Source: Bilabrum cf. latius
Taxonomy: Eukaryota
Assembly: GCA_965178125.1 (NCBI GenBank)
Contig: OZ237752.1
Coordinates: 558,001-622,000, forward strand
DNA: 64,000 nucleotides
Direction: 5' to 3'
Position numbers and translations under genes: made by a program. Positions 12,376 to 25,261 of the stretch are shown piece after piece. How positions within the stretch are numbered: position 1 is the stretch's first letter; each line of letters opens with the position of its first letter. Under the pieces are notes generated by a model that worked only from the letters and a program-made list of their open reading frames with translations, searched no databases and was not told the DNA's origin.

Positions 12376-13818
12376 ATGGCAGCCCCAGCACTAGTAGTTG
12401 GCGTGTGCCTTGTTGATGCCTTTGCTGTTGGAGCTACAGCTGCGCTCCAGGCTGGCGTGAACCGCACCATCGGCGACTACTTGAAACACGCAATGTTCGG
12501 CACCTTCACGAGCTTTGTGGGTGCCATGATCCTTCTATTCTTCATTAACGTGGCTGCAACCGGGTATAGAATCCAATAGCGTGCAGAGCGCCAGAAATTG
12601 TCTTCCGTAGAGTCAACGACAGAAGCGACTGAGGATTCGAGTGCCACTGCTTCCGCTGATAGCCAGAGCGAAAACAGGAAGGATGCTGATGATGATGCGC
12701 TATTTTTCCGAAGACCTCTGGCGTGGTACGAGTACACGGGCGGCTTGCTTGGCTCCTTTCAGGTAGCAGCCGCTGTGTTCATTAGTCCGATCGTGGGGTT
12801 CGCTCTATACTTTGTTGGGCTGGTGCTCGGGCAGCTATTTTCGGCGGCCCTGGTAGACCACTACGCCTTTCTGGGCCTTCCACGCCGACCGTTCTCGGTC
12901 CTTCGCGGTCTTGCCGCCGGACTGGCCGTGGTCGGCGTGGCTCTCGCGTCAAGCGAAGCCATCGGCGACGCCGACTCTGACGCGGTCGGTGGCATGGTGG
13001 GCGGGCTGCTCGTCGCTGTCCTTGCAGGGGCCGGTCTCCCGGTCCAGTCTGCGATCAACCGGTCTGCCGCGCAGGCGCTCAGGGGCCCGGAACAGGGCGC
13101 CACGCTCAGCTTCACCGTGGGGCTGATCGCCTCGGGGATCGGCTCGCTGGTCGTGGGTCTCGCGGCGCAGGAGCCAGATGTTGCGGGGGCGGTGGAGGAC
13201 GCCCCATGGTGGGCGTGGATCGGGGGCTCCGCGGGTGTGTTCTTCGTCGTGTCTGCGATCGTGCTTCCGAGCTTCATCAGCGTGAGCAGCATGTTCCTTG
13301 CGATCGTCACAGGGAATGTGACCGTGTCGGTGGTGCTTGACGCAGTGGGTGCATTTGGGAATGAGGCACAGGATCCCAGTGCTATGCGCATCGTGGGGTG
13401 CTGCCTTGTACTGGCGGGGGCGTTCTTGGGGGAATATGCTCGCATGCATGCCGGCGAGGAGGAGAAGGGGGGAGAAGAACAGGAAGAGGAAGGTATCCGG
13501 GGGGGTGAGCATGGTGGAGGTCAGAGGCACGCATAGGCCTAGGGGGGCGAGGCGCAGAAATTGGTAGGGGTCGATGGAGAGGGTGATGATGGAGGCCTAA
13601 CGGAATGCGAGGAGGTGAAAGATGGGGTGCACGATGCGCGGGCCACTGGCTCTGGCAGTGCAGGAGCACCACCAGCCCAAGACCTCCCCAGGAGCCCGCT
13701 GCTTGCAGCTGGGGGAGCAGCTGCACCGCCGGCGGTGGAGCTGGTTCCGGTGCCAGCAGAGCAGGGGCAGGGCGCTGGGACTGTAGAGTAGAGGGATGCC
13801 ACGCACGCGAGTGCCTGA
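12376..13818 (+). CDS. DMT-superfamily transporter with two YdcZ-like halves (480 aa)
   Basis: Paired motifs ALQAGVNRTIG / PVQSAINRSAA, WYEYTGGLLGS / WWAWIGGSAGV and GQLFSAALVDHY / GNVTVSVVLDAVG. About 10 hydrophobic helices, four in-frame TAG, ends TGA 13816-13818. Confidence 0.85.
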
Positions 13819-13918
13819 CATGTGCTGAGAGACAGAAAAAAATTGAGTGACCAAGCAGGAGAATTCGGAGCGACTTCCTCGAATTGGGTGCTGGGCATGA
13901 CAGCACTATCGATTCATC

Positions 13919-16435
13919 ATGCAAGTCAAGGCGCGTGCTGCTCTCGCAGCATGCATTGCTATACTTAGTAGCTAGATTCACGCAAAGGTGCAGGACTAGC
14001 CCAGATACCACACGCCCATGGCTCAAGTATCGGTCGCAAGCACAACGGGAGTTGCGGCGAGAACCGTGTATGTGCAGGCGACAGGGTCACTAGGTGTACT
14101 GCCTGGAATGTTTCCAAGATCTAGCACACAAGTGACTCTCATCGAGAGCTCTGGCCTTGCTTGCAACACGTTGGATGGTCTGCCGAAGTGGCAATCGTCG
14201 GCTGCAGCGGCCGCTCTGGTCCCACGTGGAGGATGCGCCTTCGAAAGGAAAGCTAGAGTGTCGGAGGAGCTTGGATATAGTGCCATAATCGTGATGAATG
14301 GCCTCGAAGCAATGTACAACTCAACCATGGATAGCTTGCCTCCCAACAGCACGCTGCAGGCCGGCCAGTGCAACATCGATTGCAACAAAGGAAAGGGCTG
14401 GGTCCCCCTTTCACAGGCCCAAACGATCAAACAAGCTAGCTATGGATACCCGTGCGAGGGTGGCGGCTCGTCTTCTGCGCCAGGGCGAGCAGACGAGGCC
14501 TGCGTTCTCACGGGTGAGGTGGATGAACCTCGCGGCTTGGCTCGAGTATGCCGGGTCGCAGACGACTTCATCACGATGAGTGGAGGAGCGCAGAATAGTA
14601 GCACATCCGAAGTATCTATCTAGGCGTACTTTGCCAGCCTCGCTGGCTCCGCTCAGCTCCGTGCCGCGGTGCACGAGGCTAGCACAGCCGGCCTGCTCGG
14701 TCCGATAGCCAGCGTGGGCCTGAGGCACGTGCCCGCGTTCGACGCCTCTGGGGTGGTCATTTGGGCGGTGGGCGTGGCAGTGGCCGCTTGGGCCGCGTGG
14801 ACATCCGCGGGTCGTGAGCGCGAAGCGATCTGGCAGGAGCGGCAGGCAGCCGAGAGTGAGCAAGGGGCTGTGCAGGGGGGCAAGCGGGGGCAGGGGTCGG
14901 GGCCCATGGGGGATGCAGCGGAGGAGGAGGTGCAGCTGACGTGGGCGCAGGCGGGGATGATGCTGCTAATGGTCTGCGCCATGCTGCTGGGCCTGTACGC
15001 TCTCGTCAGGCTGAATGTGCCCATCGTGTACGCGCTCATCGGGGTCTTTGCGCTGGCGGGGTGTGGGGCTGTGGCGCAGTTTTATGCCTCCCCGCTGCTG
15101 CACATGGGGGCGCCGGGCCTAACAGAGACGGTGCTGGAGATCCCATGGCTGGGTGCAGTGACCGTGAATGCACTGCTGAGCACCGGATTGGGCGTGCTCT
15201 GCGTCGGGCTGTGGGTGGGGCTCCGGCACCACGGCTGGGCCTTTGTGCTCTAGGACCTCGTGGGCGCTGCCATCGCTGCTTCGGTGCTGTACCGACTGCG
15301 GCTGCCCAACCTGCAGCTGGGGGCGGCCATTGGTGCCGTGTTCCTGCTGTACGACGTGTTCATGGTGTTCGTTACACCGCTCATATTCGGGTCCAGCGTG
15401 ATGATCGACGTAGCGACTGCGGGCGCGGGGGGGGAGGCAGCCCCCGGGGGCGTGGATAGGGAGTGCTACTGCAGGCTGCATCCTGAGGACGGGAAGGTGT
15501 GCGGGCCCACGGAGAGCATGCCCATCCTGCTTGCCATCCCCAGGTTCAATACCCTGCTCCCTGGATCCGCGCTGCTGGGGCTGGGGGACATCGTGCTGCC
15601 CGGGCTGCTACTGGCGCTTGCCGCTCGCTGGGACTACGTGCAGTGGGGCTCGTTGGGAGAGGGGAAGTATTACCTCGGGGGCGTGGTGGCGTACGCAATT
15701 GGGCTGCTGGCAGCGAATGCGGCCGTGTATGGGATGCAGCAGGGGCAGCCCGCTCTGCTGTACCTGATGCCTGCTTTGCTGATCCAGCTTTGCGCGACTG
15801 CGTGGGCGAAAGGCGAGCTGCAGTTGCTGTGGAGCAGCCCGTTTGTGTGGGAGGAGGAAGGCGGGAGGGAACAGCAGCAGCAGCGGGGTGCTGGGGGGAG
15901 TGGTGGGCCAGGGGCCAGCGGGCTTGGGCTGCTGGGGGAGGAGCATAAGGGGCAGGGCGGGAGGAGTGGGTTGGGTGGGATCAGAGGGGAGGAACAGGGG
16001 GAGGAGGGGGATCTGGGGGCGGGTGCGGGGGGATTCTATGCGGCTGCACCCGTTGGTACGGCCGCGAGGAGGAGCAGTGGAGGCATGGGCATGGGCGTGG
16101 AGAGCGAGAGCCTGCTTGGCGGGTCAAGGTCCTCTGCCGCAGCGGGTCCTGATGTGGAGCTTGGAGGCGGCAATGCATTTGGGTCGGGGGGAGGGGCCCG
16201 GAGCAGGAGGGGCAGCGGGCGACTGTAGGACAGGGGCGCGCTGGACGGGAGTGTGGTGGGGACAGCCATGAGCGGGGGCCGCCAGATGGACGTGTCTCTA
16301 GGTGACGAGGAGGGAGAGGAGGAGGACGACGATGGGGACTTGGCGGGGGGGTCCGGGGGCTTTGGGATCGGATCCGGGGGCGGCAGGACGCTGGCAGGGA
16401 GTCGGCCGTAGCCTCGTCGAACTGGCGTGCAGTGA
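13919..16435 (+). CDS. Signal peptide peptidase-like aspartyl intramembrane protease (SPPL2-type, PA domain + A22B), 838 aa
   Basis: Signal peptide, PA-domain LVPRGGCAFERKA, catalytic YD (LLYDVFMVF), GLGD (LLGLGDIVLPG) and QPALLYL. WAFVL[TAG]DLVG corresponds to the family WAWILQDILG. Six TAG, ends TGA. Confidence 0.92.
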
Positions 16436-16664
16436 GCAGGCAGGCGTGTGTGGGAGGCATGAGGACAATCCGTGGACACAGGGAGTTCGTGTGGATGTGC
16501 AGTCGCTCCAGGTCGATTTCAATGGATTTTCAAAACAAATATCGTGCAACTGACGGACAAGGGACTGCCATGCCGACTCGCCGAGAGTCGGTCCAATTCA
16601 CCCTTCGCCCTTCGACCGACCGAATGAATGAATATACGCAGAGGCCCAAGCTTCTCGAGAAAGC

Positions 16665-17615
16665 TCACCACTCGATTGGCCTCTGATCGTGCCAGAACCC
16701 CCCAGTCGGTGGGCCCCCGGCCTTGGCCAACTCCTCCTCGGGTGCTGTTGCCAGCCACACGGGCGTCTCTGCACCCTTAGCCGCAGACCTATGGCCCTTG
16801 TGGCTGCTCATCGAGGTGGAGCACCACCCGGGGCACACGGTGTGCACGGCCACTGGGGGCGCGTCGAAGCTCGAGGCAGGGGCATCGGGGCCACTGGAGG
16901 CAGCAGCCGAGGCGCTCTTGCTCTTAGATGCATCGTCCTTGGCCGACTCCCACTTTAGGTCGCGCGCGAGTGCTCGTGAGTATGCGATCTCGAGGAGCTT
17001 GCTCACTCCGTACATCGAGTTGGACCACCCAGAGGCCTCATGCTTGCCCTGCCGGATTGAATCCACGTACTGCTGGCCCAGTGCAATAGCGTGAGCCTAC
17101 GTAAAGTCGTCTGCGTTGACACGCGACTGAAGATCTGATGAGATCTGATCCAGCTTGCCGGCCTGGCTGCACACGTTCACTATTCTCGATCCCTTGGTCT
17201 TCTTGATTAGGGGGAGCAGGGCATCTGTGACACGCTTCGTGCCATGCAGATTAACGTCCAATGTAGCTGCGGCTTCACTTGCTCCAAAAGTGGAACCCTT
17301 GTACGCAAATCCCGCATTGTTCAGCAATGCATGGATCGGCTGGCCGAGATCAGACACCCATTTCGAGAACTTGGCAACCGACGCCTCGTCAGTAATGTCA
17401 AGTGTGTGAAATAATGGCTTATCCAGCCCCTCTTTCTCCAGTGCATCAATGGCACTGCTGCCTTTTTCTTCTGTTCGTGCCGTCAGAACAGGTACGTGTC
17501 CCGTGCTCATAGCTTTGCTAGCCAAGATGGCCTTCACAGCTTCAAACCCAATCCCCTAGTTGGACCCAGTAACGATAATGAGCGATTTCACTGCCCTACC
17601 TCCTGATGCTGCCAT
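16665..17615 (-). CDS. Short-chain dehydrogenase/reductase, carbonyl reductase-like (316 aa)
   Basis: Rossmann motif VTGSN[TAG]GIG, LLNNAG, catalytic YGVSK and VCPGWCSTSM. Two TAG, ends TGA. Confidence 0.92.
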
Positions 17616-17753
17616 TTCAATTTTCAAGCACAAAGAATGTCTGCTGGGTCGGCTTCGTCTTTGGAGCCAAACCGGAACAGTCTGTCCTGCCCAGAAGTGC
17701 AACTCGATTGTCGTTCACGCTGCTTGACTCTGCCTTTGATCGTTCTTGCAAAT

Positions 17754-18064
17754 ATGGAAGTCATTGTCACTCATCTGATGACAGGTGCTGAAACAACTGG
17801 ACAGACGGTCTTGATTTCGTTCGCGAAACGAAATGTAGCTTCCTCGGCGGCGGGTACGATACCAATCTCGCTGTTTCCGACGAACCCCAAGCATTCAGAA
17901 TCGTCTCCCCGTGTCAAATCAAATGAATCGGTGCAAACAATAGGCTCGAAACGGTCGCGTGCCGATACCACGGCTGCAAGCGAAGATGTGTCGCAAGGAC
18001 CTAGTTCTTCACAGCTGGGTAGCATAGCAGAAACACAGCCACAACCAGACCATAGTATCGGAAG

Positions 18065-18104
<40 letters not shown>

Positions 18105-20255
18105 GCAATGTGTAGCAGCAGATCTGCCTCTAGTGGTGCAGGGGCAGATGTGGCTGAGGACGCTGTATCTGCGGGGAGTGCAACTACTGGGAGCGCCGAT
18201 GTCGGTCAGGTTCGGGAAACACGGGCCCCACCAGCTTTGGCATCAGTCATGGATGTTGTTGATACTATCATGATAGACTGTGCGGAGGGAACGCGGCGTT
18301 TTGCGAACGAGTGCAAAATCAAGCTGAATACTATCCGCGCAGTCGGTTGCACCAGTAGCTGTCCGACGCGATGGGCTGGCGTCGCGAGCGTAGGCTACTA
18401 GCTCTCTGATCAAGGAATCCCTCGTCTTCGGATAATTGGCCCAAGCTCCATCAGTTCCGCGGGTCGGTCAATTGCGACATACTATAGGCGCCAAGCCACT
18501 GAATTGCAGTTCTGCAGTGCAGCTGAGAGTCTTTCATCTTCTCACCTCAGTGAGCCTGAATCCAAACATCCTGATTTGGCCAGTGTGTCCATGCTCACAT
18601 CTGGATCAGAATTTGGTCGCCGCTTGGGCTCTCCAGGCGCATCTTGGGCTATGCGCGGAATTGTTTGTGCGCCAGGTACCACATCAATAGAAGACACTAC
18701 ATCCACTGCATCCACTGGTGTAGCAAACGGTGGGTCTTCGCCGTTAGCACAGACAACTTGTTGCTCATACCATATTGTTGCTACCGATGGTCATGATCTA
18801 TGCCATGAATTCATGACTGTTCCTGTGTACGACAAATTTGTCAGATCTTGCGTTTGTTGTTCAGCCGACATAAAGCGTGTATTTTCTCGAGAAGCTTTTC
18901 GAACCGGTCGTGGTACCATTATTTTGCTGAGCGGAATCCAGGATGAGCGGGTACCTAAGTCCTGGATTGATGAATTCCTAAGGTATCATGCTCTGAACTC
19001 TGCGAAAGTAGCTATTTAGATATGCGGCGCAGTGAAGGAAAACCATGTGGACCGTGTCGATGTTACGAGCGACCATGTGTATTCAGTTTTTGGATCGTCT
19101 GCAAAATTGCAGAGCAAATTCTTGGCTGCAAACAGCAACTTAGCTAGAGCTTGTTTTGGATTTTCGTCGAGTGCTGCTCTACCATGCGACTATTCAGTTC
19201 AGACTTTACGAAAATCTTGCATTGGTGGAGCATCGGGGTGGATACCATAGTATATAGCTAGGAGGTTAGATTCATCTGAGTCTGTGTGTCTATGTCGCAA
19301 ACTAAGCGTTATATAGTCGACTAAACGCAGGAAGATTTCAAACAAAAGTGCAGCATAGTTGCTTCTTGCAAAACTTGGCCGTCAGAAAACTAGTAAATGT
19401 GAAGATGAGAAATCAAGAATGATAGTAACGTTTCTTGGTACAGGGGCAGCAGCACCCAGCAAGCAACGCAATTGCACTGGCATATTGTTGCAAAATGGCC
19501 ACGCAGCAAGCGCAATGCTTCTCGATTGCGGTGAAGGAACTGTTGGAACTCTGCAAAGATTGTTTGGATCAGAAGCCCAGGCTGTCATTGACAGCCTCGA
19601 TTGCATCTGGATATCGCATTTGCACGCCGATCATCACTGTGGTTTGTTGCCACTCCTTCAGTTCAGAAAGAAGAATTCTCCTTTGATAATTGCTAGCTCT
19701 TTTGTCAAAGAGTCTCTTCTTGCAGCTGAATGCTAGGCAACAATCATCCCGAACACGTCCCTCAATTCGGTTGCAGGACTGGGCAGGGTCGTGTCAACAG
19801 TCAAGTGGCTTAAATCTATCCAGCATGTCCCTTGCGTCCATTGTCATGATTCAGCGGCTGTTCGACTTTAGTCGCATGGAGTCTCGATAATGTTTAGTGG
19901 TGATACAAGACCTTGTGAATCTGTCAAAAACGCTGCATCAGGTGTAGATTTACTCATTCATGAAGCGACCTTCAGTTCAGATCGAGCGGATGAAGCTAAG
20001 CGCAAGCGCCACTCTACTGTTGAAGAGGCTATCGCAGTTTCAGTGTCCTCGCAATGTTAGCAGGTGGTCTTGACGCATTTTAGCCAGCGATACGCGGGAA
20101 AAGATGACTGTTTGGGATTGCTTGATTCCGTAAGAAAATTATCGGATCATGCGTTGATTGCATTTGACGGTTTCAAGATCGAAGTGGGAAGAGCTGAAGA
20201 ATCACGCATTGAGATGATGGACTCAATATACAGACTGGTTGGTTCGGAAACATGA
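17754..20255 (+). CDS. tRNase Z long form (ELAC2/Trz1-like), 833 aa
   Basis: N-half pseudo-motif IMIDCAEGTRRFANECKIKL...IIGP. C-half FLGTGAAAPSKQRN, LLDCGEGT, ISHLHADHHCG, FSGDTRP, IHEAT, HST and LTHFSQRY. Eight in-frame TAG, no TAA, ends TGA. Confidence 0.9.
18066..18104 (+). repeat. (AGC)n microsatellite encoding poly-Ser inside RNase Z
   Basis: About 12 perfect AGC units, in frame. Confidence 0.85.
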
Positions 20256-20267
20256 AATGCGCTTATA

Positions 20268-21719
20268 TCATCCCTTTACTTGACTTGACCTTTTAAATCT
20301 ACAAGCCTTTACTGAAACTTTCCTCGGTGTCCGTTCAGCTTCTCTTATTCCATTCTCGATATCTGTACCCATAGATTGCATACTTGCTCGTTTGCCCTAG
20401 ACCGGTATATCTTCTGAACTAGGGGCAACCACAGCAGAAGCTCTTCTATTCTCTTCCATTTTCCTAACTCGCTTCCTCGCCTTGCGTTTGCGTTGTCTTC
20501 GAAGCTCCTCCTTCTTCGGGTCGGGATAAAGGCGATCCCATGGCGCAGTAACGCAGACCCAGAAGCAAATGACACACATCAAGCAACCGAAAACAATAAG
20601 TGCAATCATCCACCATTTAAGCAACGGCTCGTTCTCGCTGAGTTGGCAGTAGCCTGCGTCACTAAGATGGCGCTGGATGATCTCAGGTGGATCTCCAACG
20701 CGAATCGCACAAAGAATCAGCCCAGCTATTTGAGCCTCAATAAGGATCCCGTCTTCCGTCCCTGCAGGGGCTCCTGCTGCATCTGAGCACAGCCGGCCAC
20801 CAACAAGCATCCGCTATGATGTCAGAATACCATCTGACAATGGCTCAAACCCCACCCCGATGCCGCCTGCATCTTCAGCTGGAACTGCAAGCTGCTGAAG
20901 GGTGGCGCACCGTTCGCCCTCCTGTGGCTGTCCAAAGCCCCATGGTACGTGCTGTCGGATACAGGGCCGGTTTTGGATCCAGGATGCGGGGTCCTGCCCC
21001 GCCAACAGATCAGCCGTGTTAGTGCCGTCTGGGACCGAGAGGGGTCGTAGATCCTGCTCCTGTCTAGCGCCCCCTGACCCGTCGTCCCACACCAGCACGG
21101 AGTCGTTGGCCCCTGCTTCCCGCACGTCCTCCATGCCGAGCCATGCCTGCCAGATTGAGGAGCCCTCCGTAGCGGCTGACAGGGCCAAATGCAGAGCGTG
21201 CCATTCGGGAGGGGAGTGCACCGAGGGAAGGGTAGCCCGAAGTGCAACTCCATCTACGCCGGGCGCGCCAGTTATTCTGGCACATACACTCTCTGCACCA
21301 TCTTTCCTGGTTGCAAAGCCTGCTTGCTGCAGGCACATGCGACCAAGGGCGCCTTCGTAGTACGTCCAGCTGCCCGAAAAAGGACTGGAAGCCTACTCGG
21401 CACAAAAATCATTCGAATTGAGCGCTATGCATTCCCGTCCGTTCTCAGATCGTGCGGTATTTGGCGGGCAGGTGCACCAAGACATCTGCGCCTGCTCCTG
21501 CCCGTCCAGCAAGATTGACTGTTGCAAACAGAGGGCCCCATCGGTGTCGTCGAAGTCACGGGAGCATATGCTTTCCTTATCTTCCGCGGGGCATACCCTA
21601 ACAATGCCTCGGGCTGCCTCGCTGCCGCCGGACGTCGGCGGAAACCCTGTCGCATCGGAACTACAGCACAGACACAGCAGCACCAGTGCCAACCAACATA
21701 GGTTCTGGTGCACAGCCAT
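20268..21719 (-). CDS. Type I membrane protein with Cys-rich/EGF-like and C-type lectin-like domains (483 aa)
   Basis: Signal peptide, CTCPPNTARSENGREC, and a CTLD-like pattern GSWTYY..MCL..AESVC..LPSVHS..AWLG..WDDGS..WGFGQPQEGERC. TM WWMIALIVFGCLMCVICFWVCV and a basic tail. Three TAG, ends TGA 20270-20268. Confidence 0.7.
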
Positions 21720-21908
21720 ATTGGCAGAGAATTAAAACTCCAGAAAGATTTAGTCAATTGCAATCAGAAGTTGGAGATTAATCTTGGCTTTCCAACGGAA
21801 AATCCAACAGTGGTTTTCGGAAGCATATGTGTGATGAGTGTTCCCATTCGGAATCATTAGTTTGGTTGCAGATCGACGATCCGCGCCTTCTTGCACTACA
21901 TAGAGCTC

Positions 21909-24900
21909 ATGAACAGCGACAAGCGTGACAATGATTCTCGATTACCCCTTTTACCGGATCTGCCTGCGCCTTATCCAGGTTCACGGGCACCGTTAAAGTA
22001 GAATGGTCGACCCAGACCGAGGGGCACCCAATCGCTTGAGGTGCAAAAGCTTGTAAAGCAAGCGGCTCTTGATACGTCTGCGAGGCCTCTGTACGATTCA
22101 AATGTGTGCAGTATTCTCGTGGAGCCCTGTGGTCTCGGAGCTTTCTCTGCAGGTATGATCTCGATTGGAGTGAGTAATGAGCAACCTTTTTCCAAGCCTT
22201 GGCGGCCAACTGGTTGATTATACCGTGATATCGGGAAGATGGGTTGACATGTTACTGTTTTCCCCGCAGGTTCTCATGATGGTGGGCATAATCCCCACGT
22301 CGACCTTAGAGCGCAACTCGCTGTGGACGGTGCACAGCTTGGGTATGATTGCCAGCATCCTGCTTGTGGTTGTTGGCGTGCTGTCGCCGTGGGTATGCCT
22401 CCAGTGCTGTCTTTGCTATCGCAAGCCTGCGGACTCTGTGTTCGAGCACAGCCGCTTCTACGGCTAGGCCGCCCTCCACCAGAACATGCAAGGGGCCACC
22501 ATCAGGCAGCACTACTCGGTGGCCGGCAAGGACAACGCCAGCCGCGGTACGGTCGTGCTGCTGCCGGGTGCAGGGGCGCCGCGCGGGACTATGCTCCCAC
22601 TCGCGCGGCGCCTGGCCCGCAACTTCCGCGTGATTGCACTGGACCTGCCCGGGCACGGCACCCTCTCTACAGTGCCCTACACCCTGCAGCACTGCAGCAC
22701 AGTGATCGCCAGGGTGCTCGCCAGAGAGGGTGTGTCCATGGGGCGAGGCCCGGGCTCGGTGCGGTCTCGGGTGGGCAGACCCAGGGACAGAAAAAGAGAC
22801 AGGGATAATGGTAGGACCAGGGGAGGTTCCGCTGCCTTGAGCCCCAGCAGAGATCGGAGCAGAGATCGGAGCAGAAGCAGGGGCTTCGGCCACGGTGCCG
22901 GCAGCACGCGGGGCTCCATGGCCGCATCTGAGAGGTCTGGGAAGAGAGACGGGTTTGTGAGCACCGGCGGCGGCAGACCGACCGCAGGGAGCGGGAGCGG
23001 GGCTGCTTCCCTCCGCAGCGGCGTGTCAGCGCTGTACTCTGACGGGAGGCAGAGAGGGGCCAGCAGCAGCCGACAGGGTGCAGGGACGAGGGGCGGTGCC
23101 TCTGCCTCGCACTCCCGACGGCTGGACCCAGGGCGCCGCACCGACGGCGACGAGGAGGAGGAGGACGAGGATCCGCCAGTGGTTCTCGTATCCCAGGGCG
23201 CGGCTCTTTTCGCTGCCGCTGTGTTCGCCCTGCGGCACCAGGACACTGTGGGCGGGGTTGTGTCCATGGGCCCCGTACCCGACTACACTGGCGGGCGGTG
23301 GTGCTCGTGCGGGCACTGGGAGCAGTATTTCCTACTGCGGTGGGTGGCATGGTGCGCGAACAGGGACATCCTGAGCGCGGTGGAGTCCTCGGATCTGCCC
23401 GCCGAGGAGAGGCAGCAGGCGGCTTCGAGGGACTTCCAGCTGCACACGGTCCCGGCCATGATCGACGAGCTGCAGGGGAGGCCGGTTTTGCAGGACCTGC
23501 GCGATTTCCGGGGCCCGCTGCTGTTCCTTGGGCCCAAGGACTGGGTCGCTCAAGTCCCCGATATGCTGCCCTACGGCGTGGTGCAGACCCGCAGGCTGAA
23601 AGGGGCCCGGCGGCAGAAGATCCCGCCACTCGAGGCTCGCAGACTGGAGGAGGCGGCGGTGGAGGTGAGCGCCTTTGCCGAGGACGTGTTTGCCCACGGT
23701 GCGCTGCTGGGTGCGCTGGCTGGCGGGAGGGGGGCACTACTTGGCCGGGACAGGAGACGGTCATCGGGGTACGGCGACACTGCCTCGCTGCGGAGCTACA
23801 GAAGGAGGCGACCAGCAGACGGCGATGGGGGTGGGGATGGTATGGCAGAGGGCAAGAACAGCAGTAGCCAGGCGGGGAGCGTTGCGGGCAATGGCGCGGG
23901 GTAGGGCCAGGGGCGGGGCTCGGGCACAGAGAGCGACATCGAGCTGGGGCGGCGGCGGGGGACTGGCACCAGCTAGTCTGCCAGCGCGGGTGCTGGTGCC
24001 GGGGCTCCTGTTGCTGCTGCTGCCGTGAGGGTGCCAGCGGACCGCAGGCGGCTTCCCCACGGAGCTGCCACCTCGAGCGATTTCGGCAGCGCCAGCGACC
24101 GCGGCTCCTTTGCAGCCGGTGCATCGCTCCCCATGGGCACCCCGCTCTTGGATGGGCTCCTGAGTCTGGCCTCCCCGCAGCACCAGAGCAGGGGTCCAGC
24201 AGGCGAAGGGGCCAGGGAGGGCAGGCCGGGCTCTCGTACGTATCGGGGGAACAGCGGGTCCGATCCACCGGTGGATTCAGCGCTGCAGGGGGGGTACAGG
24301 CGCGGGCGCGGCGAGGGCGCGAGCAGGGGCCGAGATAGGGGGATGGGCAGAGACGGGACCAGGCGGGGATCTGCGGGCGGACCTTCAAGCCAGTCGAGCC
24401 GTGGTGGGGCTAGGGCTGCAGCCACCGGCCGTGGGGATGCGGGTAGTGGTGGCAGGCTGGGTCGGGTCAGCCGACAGGACTCGGCCACTTTGGCGGTAGA
24501 CTCACTCTTCGGGTCAGCAGGTCTGTCCGAGCTCCAGCGAGAGGCAAGCGACGGTGATGGTGGGGGCGAAGGTGAGGGTGGGTCTGGTGGGGGTGGGGCT
24601 AGAGTAGGTGGACATCTGTCTGCGGGTGCTTCGATGGTGCCAGGGGGCAGCATGGCATCCTCTGCCGTTGAAGGCAGCAGCACCCACCCAAGGGCCCAAG
24701 CCCCATCGCAGGGCATTCCATCCCCCAGCGCTGCATCCAGTGGCAGGAGGGCTCGGGCGGGGATGGCAGCCAGGGCACACCAGGCCTCCATTAGAACCAA
24801 CTACAGGTACAGGCTGGTGAGTGGGGCCTCTGGGGAACTCGGGGTGAATGGTGGCGAGGATGACCGGAGTAGGACTCTGCAGAACGGCGGTGGGTCACCT

Positions 24901-25077
24901 GGGGGTGCGGGGGGGGGATAGCAAGGCGGTGCAACCGAGGAGGCCAGTGGAGGCACGGGGTCTCGCGTGGCGGTGCAGCCGCAGTGGTCCGTGCTTCGGG
25001 ACGGGAGGGGCCCTTCGTACGGGTCTTTTGACGGGGAGCAAGAGAGGGGCCGGGACTGGAGCTATGACCTGGAGTGA
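21909..25077 (+). CDS. Membrane-anchored alpha/beta-hydrolase-fold protein, probably catalytically degenerate; join(21909..22169,22270..25077)
   Basis: GTVVLLPGAG and FRVIALDLPGHG, N-terminal hydrophobic helices, and intron 22170-22269 (GTGAGT...CCCCGCAG). About 5 TAG, ends TGA. Confidence 0.75.
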
Positions 25078-25261
25078 GCAGTTTGTTTATGCATGAATAC
25101 TGAGCAGCGCTATGGCCCGCTATGGCCATCGAGCTGATGGCCGCTCCATGGAAGGGACAGTTGCGGGCGTGCAGGGATCGATATCTAGCAGCGGCGAAGC
25201 AAGCGTCAGCCAGGGCGGATGGGGCCTTAAAAGGAGCCTCTGCACTGACTAACCCTAACCG

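Noticed and set aside
1503-17703. GTGCAAC as a shared promoter motif (1503, 8655, 17697)
   Set aside because: It also occurs in a convergent spacer (16544) and in coding sequence; there are too few cases to separate from chance.
22667-24388. Long antisense ORFs such as 22667-24388, 57153-58739, 36034-37248, 5847-6911 and 47336-48403
   Set aside because: They are shadow frames of GC-rich coding sequence, have no recognisable motifs, and lie opposite well-supported genes.
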